Assembly: GCA_900551495.1 (NCBI GenBank)
Contig: URWG01000001.1
Location: 1-40,701 of the forward strand
Reading direction: 5' to 3'
DNA: 40,701 nt
Origin: an uncultured Eubacteriales bacterium
Lineage (GTDB): Bacteria; Bacillota; Clostridia; Oscillospirales; Oscillospiraceae
Shown here: piece by piece, positions 18,717-27,378 of the stretch
How the letters are laid out: each line of letters begins with the position of its first letter
How positions within the stretch are numbered: the first letter of the stretch is position 1
Notes under the pieces: model-generated
Database searches by the model: none
What the model saw: the letters and a program-made list of their open reading frames with translations, nothing else
Told to the model about the DNA's origin: nothing
Made by a program: the position numbers and the translations under genes

Positions 18717-19847
18717 ATGTCGAAGGTTTTGACAATGTGTAAAAACCGCTATGTAGCGTTACGGGGGTTTCACACCAAGCGCCATTTGGTCGTAATTGAG
18801 TCTGATGATTGGGGGAGCATCCGCATGCCGTCGGCGGACATATTGCGACGCCTGAAGCAAAGCGGAGACCACCCGGAAAATGATCCCTTTTTAAGCTACG
18901 ATTGTTTGGAAAACGGCGAGGATCTTCAACGGCTTTTTGACGTTTTGAACTCGGTGAGAGACAGCAACGGCTCCTCTGCGGTGATAACGGCAAATTTTGC
19001 AACGGCGAACCCTAACTTCGACGCAATAGATCCGGAGCAGGGCATCTATGCTTATGAGCCGTTTTATGAAACTTATCAACGCTACGGCTACGGAGAAGAT
19101 GTTCTCTCGTTAATCAGAAACGCTATGCGTTCGCGATGCTTTATCCCGCAGCTGCACTGCCGGGAGCACTTAAACGTTAATCGCTGGATGAAAGAGCTGC
19201 AGCAGAAAAAAAAGGATGTTGTAATTGCATTTCAGAATCAAATAATCGGAATCAACGCCTCCTTCTCTGCCGAGAACCCCTTCGGGTATATGGATGCTTT
19301 TAACAGTAATTTCTGCACACCGCCGGCGTTGAAAAAAATCGTCTGCGAAGCATTGCAGATATTTGAACATGCGTTTTTAACGAAAAGCAAGACCTTTGCG
19401 GCTTGCTGCTTTGTCTGGGACGATGCGCTGGAAGAAATCCTTGCTGAAAACGGCATACAAGGCATCCAAAGCGGAGCATGGCAGCTCATACCTTCCGGTA
19501 CAACCACAAACAAATTAAGGCGAAAGCTCCACTTTACCGGGGAGTGCAATCGGCTTGGGCAGGTCTATACGGTTCGAAATTGTGCCTATGAGCCTGCACG
19601 TCTGCAAAATGCGGCAGACAGCGCCGAAAAATGCTATCGGCAGATACTCGATGCCTTTCATAATCACAAACCCGCGGTGATCAACAGCCATCGCGTGAAT
19701 TATATCGGTTCTATCTCTGAACACAATGCGCAAGAAAATTTAAAAGGACTGGTGTGGCTGTTGAAGAAGGCGGTAAAAGAAATTCCAGATTTGGAATTCG
19801 TTTCAACGGAAGATTTGCTTGAGATCATCAATCAGGAGAAGGCATGA
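18717..19847 (+). CDS. Putative polysaccharide (de)acetylase-fold protein
   Basis: VVIESDDWGSIRMP, PQLHCREHLN (HxxxH), INSHRVNY metal-hydrolase-like motifs; ATG 18717 after GAGGA (TTG 18711 alternative). Confidence 0.65.
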   Translation: MSKVLTMCKNRYVALRGFHTKRHLVVIESDDWGSIRMPSADILRRLKQSGDHPENDPFLSYDCLENGEDLQRLFDVLNSVRDSNGSSAVITANFATANPNFDAIDPEQGIYAYEPFYETYQRYGYGEDVLSLIRNAMRSRCFIPQLHCREHLNVNRWMKELQQKKKDVVIAFQNQIIGINASFSAENPFGYMDAFNSNFCTPPALKKIVCEALQIFEHAFLTKSKTFAACCFVWDDALEEILAENGIQGIQSGAWQLIPSGTTTNKLRRKLHFTGECNRLGQVYTVRNCAYEPARLQNAADSAEKCYRQILDAFHNHKPAVINSHRVNYIGSISEHNAQENLKGLVWLLKKAVKEIPDLEFVSTEDLLEIINQEKA

Positions 19848-21355
19848 AAGAAAATAAGAACGACCGTCTTGCTGCAAACATGATCAGCTACGCGATATTA
19901 CAGATTGTAAATTTACTCGTCGGGCTGGTTCTTCCTCGTTTATATCTTGCAGTATACGGTTCGGAAGTTAACGGCATTATTTCCACAGCAAACAGTTTTA
20001 TTTCCTATTTTTCCTATTTAGAGGCAGGCATCGGTCTGACGCTGATTCACTCGCTGTTCAAGCCGCTGGCAGACAAAAATACAGAGGAAACAAACGGCAT
20101 ATTGTCTTACTCCCGGAAGCAGTATCGTCGTATCAGCGGAATCTATTTTTTGCTTGTTATTACCCTTGCGCTTGCGTTTCCGCTGATTTCATCTTCCGAG
20201 GTGTTGGACAAATGGGAATTCACATCACTTGTATTTGTGATCGGAGCTTACGGAGCGCTTGATTTTTTTACCATGGCAAAATACCGCGTTCTGCTTACGG
20301 CAGACCGCAAGGAATACATCATTTCAAATGCTTTTATCTTTGCACAGATCCTTCGCTTTAGCTTTGTTTGGCTTTTGCTGCGATTTAACATCAGCGTTGT
20401 TTTTGTCAAAATTGTACCGATATTGACTTTACTTGTCCGTTCGCTGCTCCTTCGTCTTTATGTTCGGCGAAACTATCCGAATGTGAACTATTCGGTTCCG
20501 CCTACTGCGGATCTTGCGGTAACAAATGACCGATGGGATGCCCTTTTGCTGCAAATCTCAATCAACACGAGTATTTCTCTGCCAACCATTATCATTTCTC
20601 AGATTTTAGGCTTCAAAGAGGCTAACGTGTATGCCATCTACAGCATGGCTGCTTCGGCGCTGATTTCCATTGTCTCTGCGCTCAGCTCCGGTGTTGCCCC
20701 CAAAATGGGGCGCAGTCTGTCCCGCGGTGACGACATTTCACAAGCCTACAGAGTATATGATTTTCTTGTTGCGTTGGTGATTACCGCCGTATTTTCAACG
20801 ATGGCAGTTATGCTTGTCCCGTTTGTGCGTCTTTATACAAATGTTGTAGATGATATAAATTATATACATCCGTTATATGCGATATTGATTTCGATATGGG
20901 CTGCGCTTTATTCTTATCGGATTCCGTTGACAGCAGTAATCAATGCGGCGGGTGTATATCGGGAAAATCGGATAAACAATATAATCAATCTTGCGATCCA
21001 AGTGGTTCTCGGCATTGCCGGAGCCTTAATTGCAGGAATAGGCGGTGTGCTTCTTGTTATGATTATCGCGTCGATCCAGCGAAATATCTGCTTTGCTGTG
21101 GTCAACAGCAGAAAAATATTACATAACGGTGTGCGATTTACGGTGACTTACCAAATACTCATGCTGGGGGTTGTGTGCTTCGGCGGTTTTATCGGATACA
21201 AACTGATGAACGGTATGGAATTCAGCTTATTCTCTTTGACTGCGACAGCCGGATTGACGTTTATCGTAGAATGTGTCTGTTGTGCTGCGCTGTTCCTTGC
21301 TGCTGATTTCGGCTCCGGGAAAATTCTGCTTCGGAAGCTGAAGACGAATACATGA
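19844..21355 (+). CDS. wzx: Wzx-type polysaccharide flippase
   Basis: ~12-14 hydrophobic segments; LPRLYLAVYGSEVNG, LEAGIG..LFKPLA, KYRVLLTAD. Confidence 0.85.
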   Translation: MKENKNDRLAANMISYAILQIVNLLVGLVLPRLYLAVYGSEVNGIISTANSFISYFSYLEAGIGLTLIHSLFKPLADKNTEETNGILSYSRKQYRRISGIYFLLVITLALAFPLISSSEVLDKWEFTSLVFVIGAYGALDFFTMAKYRVLLTADRKEYIISNAFIFAQILRFSFVWLLLRFNISVVFVKIVPILTLLVRSLLLRLYVRRNYPNVNYSVPPTADLAVTNDRWDALLLQISINTSISLPTIIISQILGFKEANVYAIYSMAASALISIVSALSSGVAPKMGRSLSRGDDISQAYRVYDFLVALVITAVFSTMAVMLVPFVRLYTNVVDDINYIHPLYAILISIWAALYSYRIPLTAVINAAGVYRENRINNIINLAIQVVLGIAGALIAGIGGVLLVMIIASIQRNICFAVVNSRKILHNGVRFTVTYQILMLGVVCFGGFIGYKLMNGMEFSLFSLTATAGLTFIVECVCCAALFLAADFGSGKILLRKLKTNT

Positions 21356-21469
21356 CAGCAGTAGCAGCGACAGGCAATGAACTCAAATCGCAGAGCACTG
21401 AGATTCAATTCCGAATGAAAAACGGAGACAAACCCGACTGAAAAACTGAAAGAAACGGAGGTACGCCGG

Positions 21470-22342
21470 ATGAAGGGAATTATTCTTGCCGGAGGGAAGG
21501 GTAGTCGGCTCTATCCGATGACAAAGGCGGTTTCCAAGCCGCTGATCCCGATTTATGACAAGCCGATGGTTTATTATCCGCTGACCGTTTTGCTGATGTC
21601 CGGCTGTGACGAGATCATGCTCATCACGGCGCCGCCCGACGTGGAGGCATACAAGCGCCTGCTCGGGGACGGCAGCGGCTTCGGCGTGAAGATCACCTAC
21701 GGGGTGCAGTATGTCGCCCGCGGCATTGCCGACGCGTTTTTGATCGCGGAGGACTTTATCGGCGGCGAGCCGTGCTGCCTGATTTTGGGGGACAACCTTT
21801 TCTACGGCTCCGATTTGGATGACCTTCTGCATATCGCCTCACAGCGGAAAGAGGGCGCGACGATTTTCGGCTATCCCGTAAAGGACCCGACTGCCTACGG
21901 CGTGGTCGAATTTGACGAGAATCACAACGTGCTGTCGATCGAGGAAAAGCCGAAGCAGCCGAAGTCCAAATACGCGGTTCCCGGGCTGTATTTCTACGAC
22001 GGCGACGCGGCGGAGCTGGCAAAAACGCTTACCCCGTCGGCACGCGGCGAGTTGGAGATCACGGCGCTGAACGAGGCGTATCTCAAGCGCGGCAAGCTCC
22101 ACGTGGAGCTGATGGAGCGCGGGATGGCGTGGCTGGATACCGGTACGCCCGAGGGAATGCTGAACGCGGCGCAGTATGTCGAAGCGGTGCAGTCGCGGCA
22201 GGGGCTTTATATCGCCTGTCCCGAGGAGGTCGCGTGGCAAAAGGGCTTTATCTCCGCGCAGCAGGTACGCGCCATCGGACAGGAGCTGAAAATGACGGAG
22301 TACGGACAATATCTGCTGAGTTTGGTTGAGGGAAAATGCTGA
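21470..22342 (+). CDS. rfbA: Glucose-1-phosphate thymidylyltransferase
   Basis: GIILAGGKGSRLYPMT..SKPLIPIYDKPMVYYPL, LILGDNLFYG, EEKP, SARGELEIT, WLDTGT. Confidence 0.95.
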   Translation: MKGIILAGGKGSRLYPMTKAVSKPLIPIYDKPMVYYPLTVLLMSGCDEIMLITAPPDVEAYKRLLGDGSGFGVKITYGVQYVARGIADAFLIAEDFIGGEPCCLILGDNLFYGSDLDDLLHIASQRKEGATIFGYPVKDPTAYGVVEFDENHNVLSIEEKPKQPKSKYAVPGLYFYDGDAAELAKTLTPSARGELEITALNEAYLKRGKLHVELMERGMAWLDTGTPEGMLNAAQYVEAVQSRQGLYIACPEEVAWQKGFISAQQVRAIGQELKMTEYGQYLLSLVEGKC

Positions 22343-24158
22343 AAGAACTGGAACGGATCCTGCCGACGGTGCAGAAGCCTGCACGTTACGTCGGCGGGGA
22401 ATATCATCAAACAATCAAAAATAAAAATGAGGTCGATCTGCGCGTCGCCTTCTGCTTTCCCGACACCTATGAGATCGGAATGTCGAACCTCGGTATGCGC
22501 ATTCTCTACGCGGTAATGAACCGCATGGAGGGCGTGTGGTGCGAACGGGTGTTTGCGCCGTGGGGTGACATGGAGGCGGCAATGCGGGAGCACAACATTC
22601 CGTTGTACGCGCTGGAAAGCGGCGACCCGCTCGAGCAATTTGACATGATCGCCTTTACCGTCGGCTACGAGATGAGCTACACAAATCTTCTGAATATGCT
22701 CCGTTTAGGCAACATTCCGCTCCGTGCTGCGGAGCGGAATGGCTTGGAGCATATGGTCTTTGCGGGCGGCGCGTGCATGTACAATCCCGAGCCGCTGGCG
22801 GACTTTATCGACTTCTTCTCGATCGGCGAGGGCGAGGAAATGACGCCCGAGATTTTGGAGCTTTACCGACGCGCAAAGCGCGAAAATCGGACGCGCGAGG
22901 AATTTTTACGCGAGGTCGCAAGGATCGAGGGCGTCTATGTCCCGTCGCTTTACGAGCACCGCTACAATCCCGACGGCACACTGGCGGAGATCGTTGCAAG
23001 GGACGGTGCGCCCCGTAAGGTCAAAAAGCGCATCGTTCAAAGCCTTGACGACGCGCTCTACCCGACGGATATTATCGTTCCGAATACGGAGATCGTCCAT
23101 GATCGCTCCAATTTGGAGGTCATGCGCGGCTGTATCCGCGGCTGCCGCTTCTGTCCGGCGGGCTTTACCTATCGCCCCGTCCGTCCGCGTTCGCCGCAGG
23201 TGCTGTATCGGCAGTCGGTCGAGTCGCTGGAGAATTCGGGCTGTCACGAGATCACGCTCTCCAGCCTGTCCACCTCGGACTATAAGTGGCTGCCCGAGCT
23301 GGCGGAGCGGATGCAGGACTACTGCACGCCGCGAAAGATCAATCTGTCTCTGCCGTCGCTCCGCGCGGACAATTTCTCCCGCGAGCTGATGCTCAAGCTC
23401 CAACAGGTGCGAAAGAGCGGACTGACCTTTGCACCCGAGGCGGGAACGCAGCGCCTGCGCGACGCGATCAACAAGAACGTTACCGAGGAGGAGATCCTGC
23501 AAACCTGCGCGATCGCCTTCGAGGGCGGCTGGAACAATGTCAAGCTGTATTTCATGCTCGGTCTGCCGACGGAGACGGACGAGGATGTGCTGGGCATTGC
23601 GGAGCTGGTGTATAAAATTCTCAGATGCTGGCGCGAGCACGCGACAAATAAAAAGCGCGGCGTCCGAATCCATGTTGCGACGGCGTATTTTGTTCCGAAG
23701 CCCTTTACGCCCTTCCAGTGGGAAAAGCAGATCACGCCGGAGGAATATCTGCGGCGGCAGCGGCTGCTGAAGGACAATATGCCGTCCAAGAGCATCGAAT
23801 ACAACTGGCACGCCGCCGACCTGAGCCGTCTTGAGGCGGTTTTGGCGCGGGGCGACCGTCGGCTCGGCGCGGTTTTGGAGGAAGCGGTCCGACGCGGCGC
23901 TCGGCTGGACGGCTGGGATGAGTATTTCAAGTATCAGACGTGGCTTGACAGCTTCGATGCCTGCGGGATCGACCCGAACGCTTACACGAGGAATCGGAGC
24001 TGCTGCCGTGGGACGTTATTTCCGACGGCGTTACCGAGGACTTCCTCAAGCGCGAGCGCGAACGCGCCTATCGCAGCGAGACGACGCCCGATTGCAGGAC
24101 AAAATGCAGCGGCTGCGGCGCAAGCTGCCTGCTGGAAGGGGGCTGCTGCGATGCATAG
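22336..24158 (+). CDS. TIGR03960-type radical SAM protein; frameshift near 23985-23990, probable true stop TAG 24156-24158
   Basis: VQKPARYVGGE, FPDTYEIGMSNLG, RGCIRGCRFC (CxxxCxxC), TFAPEAG; family-type tail ELLPWD..GVTEDFLKRE..TTPDCRTKCSGCG lies in another frame from 23988. Confidence 0.85.
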
Positions 24159-24798
24159 AATGCTGTTTGAAAAGAGCGGGACGGCAATTTGGATGTCCCA
24201 CTTGGACACCATGCGGCTGATGCAGCGGGCGTTCCGACGTGCGGGCGTCCTCCTGCACCATTCACAGGGCTACACGCCGCACGCCTATGTCTCCATGCTG
24301 CTGCCGCTCAGCGTCGGCGTGGAGAGCGGCTGTGAGATCATGGAATATGAGTTGGATGAGGCGCTTTCCCTTACGGCGGAGCAGATGAACGCCGTGCTGC
24401 CGTCGGGCGTGCGTGTGCGCTCCGTTTACGACAGCCCGAGAAAGGCGAAGGAGCTGGCGCTGTTAGAGGCGGAGCTGACGTTGTGCTATGACGGCGGCGT
24501 TCCGTCCGATGCGGCGGAAAAAATCATGCAGCTGCTTGCTTCGCCGACACTTCTTGTTGAGAAGCGGACAAAACGCGGCATGGAGGAGACGGATATTCGT
24601 CCGCTGCTGCGACGGTTTGCGCTGTTCGAACGCGAGCGGGAGCTGATGCTTCGCTGCACTGTCTCCGCACAGAACCCGTCGCTGAATCCCATGCTGCTCG
24701 TTTCTGCTGTAGAGCGTTACTTGCCGAGCTGCCGCCCCGATTTTGCAAAATGCCGCCGCGTTGAGGTCTACGACGCAAATGGGGAGGTGTTTCGCTGA
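24151..24798 (+). CDS. TIGR03936 / DUF2344 radical SAM-associated protein
   Basis: MHRMLFEKSG..WMSHLDTMRLMQRAFRRAG..SQGYTPH..PLSVGVES; own RBS GGAAGGGGG at 24134-24142. Confidence 0.85.
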   Translation: MHRMLFEKSGTAIWMSHLDTMRLMQRAFRRAGVLLHHSQGYTPHAYVSMLLPLSVGVESGCEIMEYELDEALSLTAEQMNAVLPSGVRVRSVYDSPRKAKELALLEAELTLCYDGGVPSDAAEKIMQLLASPTLLVEKRTKRGMEETDIRPLLRRFALFERERELMLRCTVSAQNPSLNPMLLVSAVERYLPSCRPDFAKCRRVEVYDANGEVFR

Positions 24799-24956
24799 TG
24801 CCGGACTGCGAAAATTGTGTGTATTACGATTATGATGAGATCGAGGATGAATATTACTGCTTGCAGGACTTGGACGAGGACGAGCTGTACCACATCGTTA
24901 CCGTTCGCGAGGGCAGATGCCCGTTTTTCAGACCGATCGGCGAGGTAACGGAATGA
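24798..24956 (+). CDS. Small acidic Cys-containing protein (DUF6472-like), 52 aa, absent from the ORF track
   Basis: MPDCENCVYYDYDEIEDEYYCLQDLDEDELYHIVTVREGRCPFFRPIGEVTE; RBS GGAGGTG; coupled to both neighbours (TGATG, ATGA). Confidence 0.8.
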   Translation: MPDCENCVYYDYDEIEDEYYCLQDLDEDELYHIVTVREGRCPFFRPIGEVTE

Positions 24957-25954
24957 ATGTATTTGTTTCGGGCGGGTTGGGCTTTATCGGAAGTCACACC
25001 TGCGTTGAGCTGATCGCGGCGGGTCATACGCCGATCATCGCGGACGACCTTTCCAACGCCGCGCCCGATGTATTGGACCGCATTGAGGAAATCACCGGAA
25101 TGCGTCCGATCTTTTATCGGATCAACGTTGCGGACCGTTCGGCGACAGAGCAGGTGTTTTCCGCGCATCGGGTGGATGCCGTGATCCATTTTGCGGGCTT
25201 CAAGGCGGTGGGCGAGAGCTGCCGCATTCCGCTGACGTACTACCGCAACAATTTGGATACCGCGCTGACCCTGCTGGAGGTAATGCGGGTGCACGGCTGC
25301 AAGCGCTTTGTTTTCTCCTCCTCCGCGACGGTCTACGGACCGGAAAATCCTGTGCCGTACCGCGAGGAGCAGCCGACGTATTTCGCCACGAATCCCTACG
25401 GCTGGACGAAGGTGATGATCGAGCAGATGCTGCGGGATGTCTGTACGGCGGAGGCGGATTTCTCGGCGGTTCTGCTGCGCTATTTCAATCCGATCGGTGC
25501 GCATCCGTCCGGACTTTTGGGGGACGACCCGCAAGGTATCCCGAACAACCTGATGCCCTATATCGCCCGCGTTGCTGCGGGGCAGCTTCCGCGGCTGACG
25601 GTGTTCGGCGACGACTACGACACGGAGGACGGCACCTGTGTGCGCGACTATATCCATGTGGTCGATCTGGCACGGGGGCATTTGGCGGCGCTGAAGTATA
25701 CGGCGGCAGGTGCGGAAGCCTTCAATCTCGGCACGGGACGCGGCACGAGCGTGCTGGAGCTGGTCCGCGCTTTTTCCCGCGTAAACGGAGTTGAGGTGCC
25801 GTATGTGATCGGTCCGCGCCGTGCGGGTGACCTTCCGCGCTGTTGGGCGGACGCGTCAAAGGCGGAGCGGCTGCTCGGCTGGCGGGCGGAAAAAACAACG
25901 GACGAGATGTGCCGCGACAGTTGGAATTACATCAAAAAGTGTTCAAGAGCATAA
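24953..25954 (+). CDS. galE: UDP-glucose 4-epimerase
   Basis: GGLGFIGSHT, HFAGFKAVGES, FSSSATVYG, NPYGWTK (YxxxK), LRYFNPIGAH, RDYIHV; start ATG 24953. Confidence 0.95.
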   Translation: MNVFVSGGLGFIGSHTCVELIAAGHTPIIADDLSNAAPDVLDRIEEITGMRPIFYRINVADRSATEQVFSAHRVDAVIHFAGFKAVGESCRIPLTYYRNNLDTALTLLEVMRVHGCKRFVFSSSATVYGPENPVPYREEQPTYFATNPYGWTKVMIEQMLRDVCTAEADFSAVLLRYFNPIGAHPSGLLGDDPQGIPNNLMPYIARVAAGQLPRLTVFGDDYDTEDGTCVRDYIHVVDLARGHLAALKYTAAGAEAFNLGTGRGTSVLELVRAFSRVNGVEVPYVIGPRRAGDLPRCWADASKAERLLGWRAEKTTDEMCRDSWNYIKKCSRA

Positions 25955-25986
25955 AAAAGCAGCGTCCCGCGATCGGGACGCTGCTT
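25953..25986. terminator. Terminator hairpin, left copy (A-tract side; would stop minus-strand transcription)
   Basis: AAGCAGCGTCCCG-CGAT-CGGGACGCTGCTT 13-bp stem preceded by an A-run. Confidence 0.85.
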
Positions 25987-26238
25987 CAGCGTGTCGAAAA
26001 ACCCTTTTCGGCACGCTGACAGACTGCGAAAAAGTTCGGAAGACAAGCAACTCACACCCGTCGGCGTACATAGGTACGGTAGGGCGTGAGTTGCGCAGTA
26101 AGTCAAAATCCTTGCGAAGCAAGCCTGTTTTTGACTATAAAGTTCGGAATTCTCCGTTTTTGCAAATCAAAACGCAGAGAACAAAACCCCATAAATTGTT
26201 AACCGATTTTGACGATTACGGACTTTTTTGACAGTCTG
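25987..26238. mobile_element. 252-bp non-autonomous MITE-like element with imperfect TIRs and a 30-bp target duplication
   Basis: Ends CAGCGTGTCGAAAAA / TTTTTTGACAGTCTG (12/15 inverted match), flanked by identical 30-mers 25957-25986 and 26239-26268; several internal hairpins. Confidence 0.75.
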
Positions 26239-26272
26239 AAGCAGCGTCCCGCGATCGGGACGCTGCTTTTAT
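26239..26272. terminator. Terminator hairpin, right copy (T-tract side; would stop plus-strand transcription)
   Basis: Same 13-bp stem followed by TTTTAT. Confidence 0.85.
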
Positions 26273-26276
26273 GCGG

Positions 26277-27302
26277 TTACAGTAGCTTTTTCAGCCGTTC
26301 GATCTCGCGGCGGATTTCGTCCGCCGTCTCGCCCTCCGAGAAGCCCCATTCCGTGCGGAACAGCTCCAGCTCCTCCTCGTAAGCGGCGATCGCGCCGCCG
26401 AAATCGCCGCGAATCTCGCATATCTGCGCAATGGATTCACAGGCGTCCGTATATCGCGGCGCTTTCTGCTGCTTCAGCGCTTTACGGTAATAGGCGATCG
26501 CCTCATCATACCGCTGACGGTCCGCCGCGACGTCTCCCAGCGACAGGCTGACAAGCCAGTCGTTCGGAAAATCCCGCTCCATTTTTCTGCGGCAGTCCTC
26601 GGCTTGCTCCGATTTTCCCTCGGCGTCGAGAATCATGCTGCGGTAGAGCGGGACGCGATAGCTGCTGTCGAGCCGCGCCATGCGGTCAAGGTATTCGGCG
26701 GCTTCGCCGAGGCGGCGGTCGTCAATCAGATTGTCCAGCAGCCAAAGATACCCGCGCGCATAGTCGGGGTTTTTCCTGACAAATTCGCGATAATAGGCGA
26801 TCAGCTTGAAATGGTTGCGCGCACACCAGTCGGGCATTTTACCGCCCATCGCCTCGCAAAGCTCGCTGTGCGCGTCCTTCACCTCGGGCGCAAGGGCAAG
26901 CGATTTCTTTGCGTGCTCGGCTGCGATCCTGCGGTGTTGGCGGGCTTGATGGTTATGCAGCTGCGCCAGCAGACAATAGCACCGCGCGGTTTGATACTCG
27001 GCGCCGATCTTCGCCGTCAGAAAGCGCTGCGCCCGCTCCAGCTCCGCCTGCGGGAGAAGCTGCTCGTCCCAAATCATGTTCTGAATACGGTCCAGCTCGT
27101 CCTCGTCCGTCAGGCAGAACAGCTCGTCGATCGTCACCCCGAACAGAACGGAGAGCTTAGGGAGAAGCTGAATATCCGGCGCAGTGAGGTCACATTCCCA
27201 TTTGGAAACGGCTTGCGGCGTGACCGACAGCTCCGTCGCAAGCGCCTCCTGCGTAAGTCCCTTCGCCGTGCGAAGCTGTTTGATTTTCTTTCCGATGTCC
27301 AT
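26277..27302 (-). CDS. XRE-family HTH regulator with C-terminal TPR repeats
   Basis: IKQLRTAKGLTQEALATELSVTPQAVSKWE..PDI..L..LFGVTIDELF; TPR-like LGDVAADRQRYDEAIAYYRKAL. Confidence 0.88.
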   Translation of the reverse strand: MDIGKKIKQLRTAKGLTQEALATELSVTPQAVSKWECDLTAPDIQLLPKLSVLFGVTIDELFCLTDEDELDRIQNMIWDEQLLPQAELERAQRFLTAKIGAEYQTARCYCLLAQLHNHQARQHRRIAAEHAKKSLALAPEVKDAHSELCEAMGGKMPDWCARNHFKLIAYYREFVRKNPDYARGYLWLLDNLIDDRRLGEAAEYLDRMARLDSSYRVPLYRSMILDAEGKSEQAEDCRRKMERDFPNDWLVSLSLGDVAADRQRYDEAIAYYRKALKQQKAPRYTDACESIAQICEIRGDFGGAIAAYEEELELFRTEWGFSEGETADEIRREIERLKKLL

Positions 27303-27378
27303 AACGGTTCATCCTCCTTCCGATAAGACGATACCATGAAGCGCGGAAAAATAACAGCACTCCGTCGGCAACAAAACT

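Noticed and set aside
22336..24158. Radical SAM as the maturase for the PqqD cassette
   Set aside because: 17 kb away, belongs to the widespread TIGR03960 family, no SPASM/RRE features
22336..24798. Genuine 820-aa radical SAM-DUF2344 fusion
   Set aside because: The family C-terminus is in another frame and the second gene has its own RBS and ATG; better explained by a frameshift
25821..26231. 136-aa ORF across the MITE as a transposase or other gene
   Set aside because: Overlaps galE out of frame, no DDE/HUH motifs, runs through hairpins
25957..26268. CRISPR array (30-bp palindromic direct repeat)
   Set aside because: Only two copies, 252 bp apart, no cas genes; terminator duplication explains it
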